From Candidatus Lachnoclostridium stercoripullorum (GTDB taxonomy: Bacteria; Bacillota; Clostridia; Lachnospirales; Lachnospiraceae), in contig DXEU01000149.1 in NCBI GenBank assembly GCA_019114845.1, positions 1-45,449 on the forward strand: DNA of 45,449 bases, given 5' to 3'. Under the pieces are notes generated by a model. The model was not told where the DNA came from. It ran no database searches and was given only the letters and a program-made list of their open reading frames with translations. Below are positions 42,146 through 45,449 of the stretch, one piece after another; position 1 is the stretch's first letter; each line of letters begins with the position of its first letter. Made by a program: the position numbers and the translations under genes.

Positions 42146-44368
42146 TTGGCCACGGTGCGGGGATTTGTGGAGCGCATCAAATATCGCAACGAGGAGAACG
42201 GCTACTCGGTGCTGGTGCTGGCGGCGGAGGACGAGGAGTACATACTGGTGGGAACCTTCCCCTACATAACGGAGGGGGAGATGCTGGAGGCCTCGGGCTC
42301 CATGGTGGAGCACCCGGTCTACGGGGAACAGCTGCAGGTGGAGAGTTTTGAGATCAAGACGCCGGAGGACGCGGACGCCATGGAGCGGTATCTGGCGTCC
42401 GGGGCCATCAAGGGGGTGGGAGCCGCCCTGGCAGCCCGGATTGTGCGCCGCTTCAAGGCGGACACCTTCCGCGTCATGGAGGAGGAGCCGGAGCGCCTGG
42501 CGGAGGTCAAGGGCATCAGCGAAAAGATGGCCATGGCCATCGGCGCCCAGATGGAGGAGAAGCAGGGGCTGCGCCAGGCCACCATGTTTCTGCAGAAATA
42601 CGGCATTTCCGTCAATCTGGCGGTGAAGATTTACCAGACCTACGGGGCCAGAATGTATGGGATCATCGAGGAGAACCCCTACCGCCTGGCGGACGACATC
42701 CCGGGGGTGGGCTTTAAGATGGCGGATGAGATCGCCAGGAAGGTGGGCATTTTCACCGACTCCGACTACCGGCTCAAGAGCGGGATTCTCTACACGCTGC
42801 TGCAGGCGGTGGGAAACGGGCACACCTATCTGCCGGAGGAGGAACTCCTGGCGTCGGCTGCGGAGCTTCTGCGGGTGGAGCCGGAGGTGATCGGGGACCA
42901 GCTGATGGATCTCCAGATGGAGAAGAAGCTGGTGATCCGGGACCAGGACGGGCGGCGGGCGGTCTACGCATCCCAGTACTATTATCTGGAATTGAATTCC
43001 GCCAAGATGCTGTTCGACTTGAACATCCGGGGAGAATTTGACCGGGAGAGCATTTTCAAAAAGCTGGACCGCATCCAGGAGGAGGAGCGCATAGAGCTGG
43101 ATGAGATGCAGAGGATGGCGGTGGCGGAGGCGGTGGAGAACGGCCTTCTGGTGATCACCGGCGGCCCCGGAACGGGAAAGACCACCACCATCAACACCAT
43201 CATCCGCTATTTTGAGGAGTCAGGCATGGAGATCCTGCTGGCGGCCCCCACCGGGCGGGCGGCGAAGCGGATGACGGAGGCCACGGGGATGGAGGCGAAG
43301 ACCATCCACCGCCTGCTGGAGATCACCGGGGTCCCGGACGACAAAAACGCTTCGGGGATGCATTTTGAGAGAAATGAGGAGAACCCCCTGGAGGCGGACG
43401 TGGTGATCATCGACGAGATGTCCATGGTGGACATCTATCTGCTCCACTCCCTCCTGAAGGCGGTCAGCCCGGGGACGAGGCTGGTCCTGGTGGGGGATGT
43501 GAACCAGCTGCCCAGCGTGGGCCCCGGAAATGTGCTGCGGGACATCATCGATTCCGGCTGTTTCCACGTGGTAAAGCTGACCAAGATTTTCCGCCAGGCG
43601 TCCCAGAGCGACATCGTGGTCAACGCCCACCGCATCAACGCCGGCGAGCGGATCGATCTGGCAAAGAGGAGCCGCGACTTCCTCTTTATCCGCCGGGATC
43701 ACCCGGACGCCATCATAAGCGCCATGCTCACCCTGGTGCAGAAGAAGCTCCCCGGGTACGTCAACGCCCACCCCTTTGACATTCAGATCATGACGCCCAT
43801 GCGCAAGGGCGCCCTGGGGGTGGACCGGCTCAACGGCATTCTCCAGGAATATTTAAACCCGGCCGACGGGAAGAAGGCGGAGAAGGAGTCCGGCGGCGTC
43901 ACCTACCGGGAGGGGGACAAGGTGATGCAGATCAAAAACAATTATCAGATCGCCTGGGAGACGAGAAACCGGTACGGCATTCCCGTGGAGAGCGGCCTGG
44001 GGGTGTTCAACGGGGACCTGGGGGTGATCCGGGAGATCAACCATTTTGCGGAGACGCTGACGGTGGAGTTCGACGAGGGCCGCATGGTGGAGTACAGCTT
44101 CAAGCAGCTGGAGGAGCTGGAGCTGGCCTACGCCATCACCATCCACAAATCCCAGGGAAGCGAGTATCCGGCGGTGGTGATCCCCGTGCACAGCGGGCCG
44201 AGGATGCTGATGACCAGAAACTTGATCTACACGGCCGTCACCCGGGCCAGGTTCTGCGTCTGCCTGGTGGGGGTGCCGGAGGCGTTCCAGGCCATGGTGG
44301 ACAACGAGCAGGAGCAGAGGAGGTATTCCGGGCTGAAGAGCCGGATCCTGGAGCTGGCGGATCTGTGA
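42146..44368 (+). CDS. recD2: ATP-dependent RecD-like DNA helicase
   Basis: N-terminal OB/HhH (NEENGYSV, IKGVG); Walker A GGPGTGKT, APTGRAAKR, DEMSMVD, GDVNQLPSVG, YAITIHKSQGSE, YTAVTRA. Start set at TTG after GGGGAG. Confidence 0.95.
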   Translation: MATVRGFVERIKYRNEENGYSVLVLAAEDEEYILVGTFPYITEGEMLEASGSMVEHPVYGEQLQVESFEIKTPEDADAMERYLASGAIKGVGAALAARIVRRFKADTFRVMEEEPERLAEVKGISEKMAMAIGAQMEEKQGLRQATMFLQKYGISVNLAVKIYQTYGARMYGIIEENPYRLADDIPGVGFKMADEIARKVGIFTDSDYRLKSGILYTLLQAVGNGHTYLPEEELLASAAELLRVEPEVIGDQLMDLQMEKKLVIRDQDGRRAVYASQYYYLELNSAKMLFDLNIRGEFDRESIFKKLDRIQEEERIELDEMQRMAVAEAVENGLLVITGGPGTGKTTTINTIIRYFEESGMEILLAAPTGRAAKRMTEATGMEAKTIHRLLEITGVPDDKNASGMHFERNEENPLEADVVIIDEMSMVDIYLLHSLLKAVSPGTRLVLVGDVNQLPSVGPGNVLRDIIDSGCFHVVKLTKIFRQASQSDIVVNAHRINAGERIDLAKRSRDFLFIRRDHPDAIISAMLTLVQKKLPGYVNAHPFDIQIMTPMRKGALGVDRLNGILQEYLNPADGKKAEKESGGVTYREGDKVMQIKNNYQIAWETRNRYGIPVESGLGVFNGDLGVIREINHFAETLTVEFDEGRMVEYSFKQLEELELAYAITIHKSQGSEYPAVVIPVHSGPRMLMTRNLIYTAVTRARFCVCLVGVPEAFQAMVDNEQEQRRYSGLKSRILELADL

Positions 44369-44411
44369 GTGATTTTGCCTGTGAGTCTATGAGAGGAGGA
44401 TTTCCTGACAC

Positions 44412-45161
44412 TTGAAATATGATTCCCATCTGAGAGGGGCGGCGGACGTTCTGTCCGAGATCCTGTTTCCCAGGCGGTGTCCCGTCTGCGATCAGGTTCT
44501 GCCCTTTCGCTCCGGGAAAATCTGTCCCGGATGCTTTTCCAAACTTTCTTTTACAAAATCACCGGTCTGCAAGAAATGCGGCAAGGAGCTGATCAGCGAG
44601 ACGGGCGAATACTGCTATGACTGCGGGCGGAGGAAAAAATCCTTCGAGTATGGGATTGCCCTGCTCAATTACGACGAGGTTTCCAGAAAATCCATGGCCA
44701 TGATCAAGTATCACGGCCGCAGGGAGTACATGGATTTTTACGGGGAGGCCATAGCGAGGAGGTATGAGAAGCGGATCCGGCGCATGGGGGCGGAGGCCCT
44801 TCTCCCCGTGCCGGTTCACCGCCAGCGTCTGAAAGTCCGGGGCTTTAACCAGGCGGAGGCCCTGGCGGAGTCCATCTCCCGCCATCTGGGCACCTGCATC
44901 CCCGTGCGCACGGATCTGCTGCTGCGGAATAAGAGGACCCTGCCCCAGAAGGACTTAACCCCCGCGGAGCGCCTGAAAAATCTCTCCCAGGCCTTTGAGT
45001 CCGACCCCAGCCGGGTGCGGGAGGCTGGGGTTCGGCGGGTGATTCTGGTGGACGATATCTACACCACCGGGAGCACGGCGGAGGCCTGCTCCAGAGCTCT
45101 TTTAGCGGCTGGGGTTCAGGAAATCTATCTGCTGAACATCTGCATCGGGCACGGGAGGTAG
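44412..45161 (+). CDS. comF: ComF family protein (double Zn ribbon + PRTase-like domain)
   Basis: FPRRCPVC, CxxC pairs, PVPVH, RGFNQA, ILVDDIYTTGST. Confidence 0.93.
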   Translation: MKYDSHLRGAADVLSEILFPRRCPVCDQVLPFRSGKICPGCFSKLSFTKSPVCKKCGKELISETGEYCYDCGRRKKSFEYGIALLNYDEVSRKSMAMIKYHGRREYMDFYGEAIARRYEKRIRRMGAEALLPVPVHRQRLKVRGFNQAEALAESISRHLGTCIPVRTDLLLRNKRTLPQKDLTPAERLKNLSQAFESDPSRVREAGVRRVILVDDIYTTGSTAEACSRALLAAGVQEIYLLNICIGHGR

Positions 45162-45196
45162 GCCAGGGCAATCATCCCGAAATCGCAGTCGGAGAA

Positions 45197-45240
45197 TCGC
45201 GGGCGGAGTCAGAAAAACTCGCGGGCGGAGTCAGAAAAAC
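45197..45240. repeat. Exact 22-bp tandem duplication TCGCGGGCGGAGTCAGAAAAAC
   Basis: Copies at 45197-45218 and 45219-45240, immediately upstream of the tRNA promoter. Confidence 0.9.
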
Positions 45241-45243
45241 CTC

Positions 45244-45272
45244 TTGACAGATGGAAAAAGAAGAGGTATAAT
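45244..45272 (+). promoter_or_regulatory. Consensus sigma-A promoter of tRNA-Gln
   Basis: TTGACA-17 bp-TATAAT. Confidence 0.92.
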
Positions 45273-45289
45273 TTCAACCGTTGTTGTGA

Positions 45290-45362
45290 TGGGCTATCGC
45301 CAAATGGTAAGGCAACGGACTCTGACTCCGTCATTGTGAAGGTTCGAATCCTTCTAGCCCAG
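45290..45362 (+). tRNA. tRNA-Gln (anticodon CTG), CCA not encoded
   Basis: Acceptor TGGGCTA/TAGCCCA, D arm GCC/GGC, anticodon stem ACGGA/TCCGT with CTG at 45322-45324, T arm GAAGG-TTCGAAT-CCTTC. Confidence 0.97.
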
Positions 45363-45408
45363 TTTCGGAGAGCAGGATTTTGCTCAGTTTTGTAGAGCAA
45401 GATTTTGC

Positions 45409-45437
45409 TTGACGAATGGGAAAAAACAAGTTATAAT
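45409..45437 (+). promoter_or_regulatory. Sigma-A promoter for a gene beyond the window
   Basis: TTGACG-17 bp-TATAAT. Confidence 0.8.
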
Positions 45438-45449
45438 AATACATGCTTT

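Noticed and set aside
28-44885. Many long antisense or alternate-frame ORFs (e.g. 28-849, 1251-2750, 29771-31735, 37398-39161)
   Set aside because: They are shadows of well-supported genes, expected with high GC at third codon positions; they show no motifs or RBS and have biased composition.
45209-45400. 63-aa minus-strand ORF
   Set aside because: It is antisense to tRNA-Gln and its promoter.

Overview
GC-rich chromosomal window from a spore-forming Clostridia member, most likely Lachnospiraceae. This is inferred from gene content: CotS, a PdaB-like deacetylase, T-box-controlled proS, glgB/malQ and mreB-recD2-comF. The left and right parts are mostly housekeeping or common accessory genes: a partial Fic gene, lepB, an HD-GYP/Hpt/hybrid-kinase phosphorelay, glgB-mscS-malQ, an internally deleted SDR remnant, a stand-alone (p)ppGpp-hydrolase-like HD protein, proS, cca, pgm, an acyltransferase, a BlaI/M56 pair, mreB, recD2, comF and tRNA-Gln(CTG). 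The stand-out feature is a ~13.5 kb co-oriented cluster of 11 genes (26945-40493) with a divergent HTH regulator, devoted to phospho-Ser/Thr signalling. It encodes 3 intact Hanks-type kinases (soluble kinase-FHA, kinase-TM-solute-binding-like, kinase-TM-4xPASTA), 1 membrane pseudokinase, 2 PP2C phosphatases, 4 further FHA proteins (two Zn-ribbon-FHA adaptors, a polytopic membrane-FHA, a vWA-TM-FHA receptor) and a cell-wall-binding-repeat protein. Several members share N-terminal Zn ribbons and recurrent acidic-x-T-x-x-hydrophobic motifs. Non-coding oddities include a palindrome/tandem-repeat element upstream of pgm, a small GCCGCC/GGCGGC hairpin repeat family and a candidate structured sRNA at ~40570-40760. 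No integrase, transposase, cas gene or true CRISPR array was seen. All calls come from reading motifs by eye; no database searches were run.
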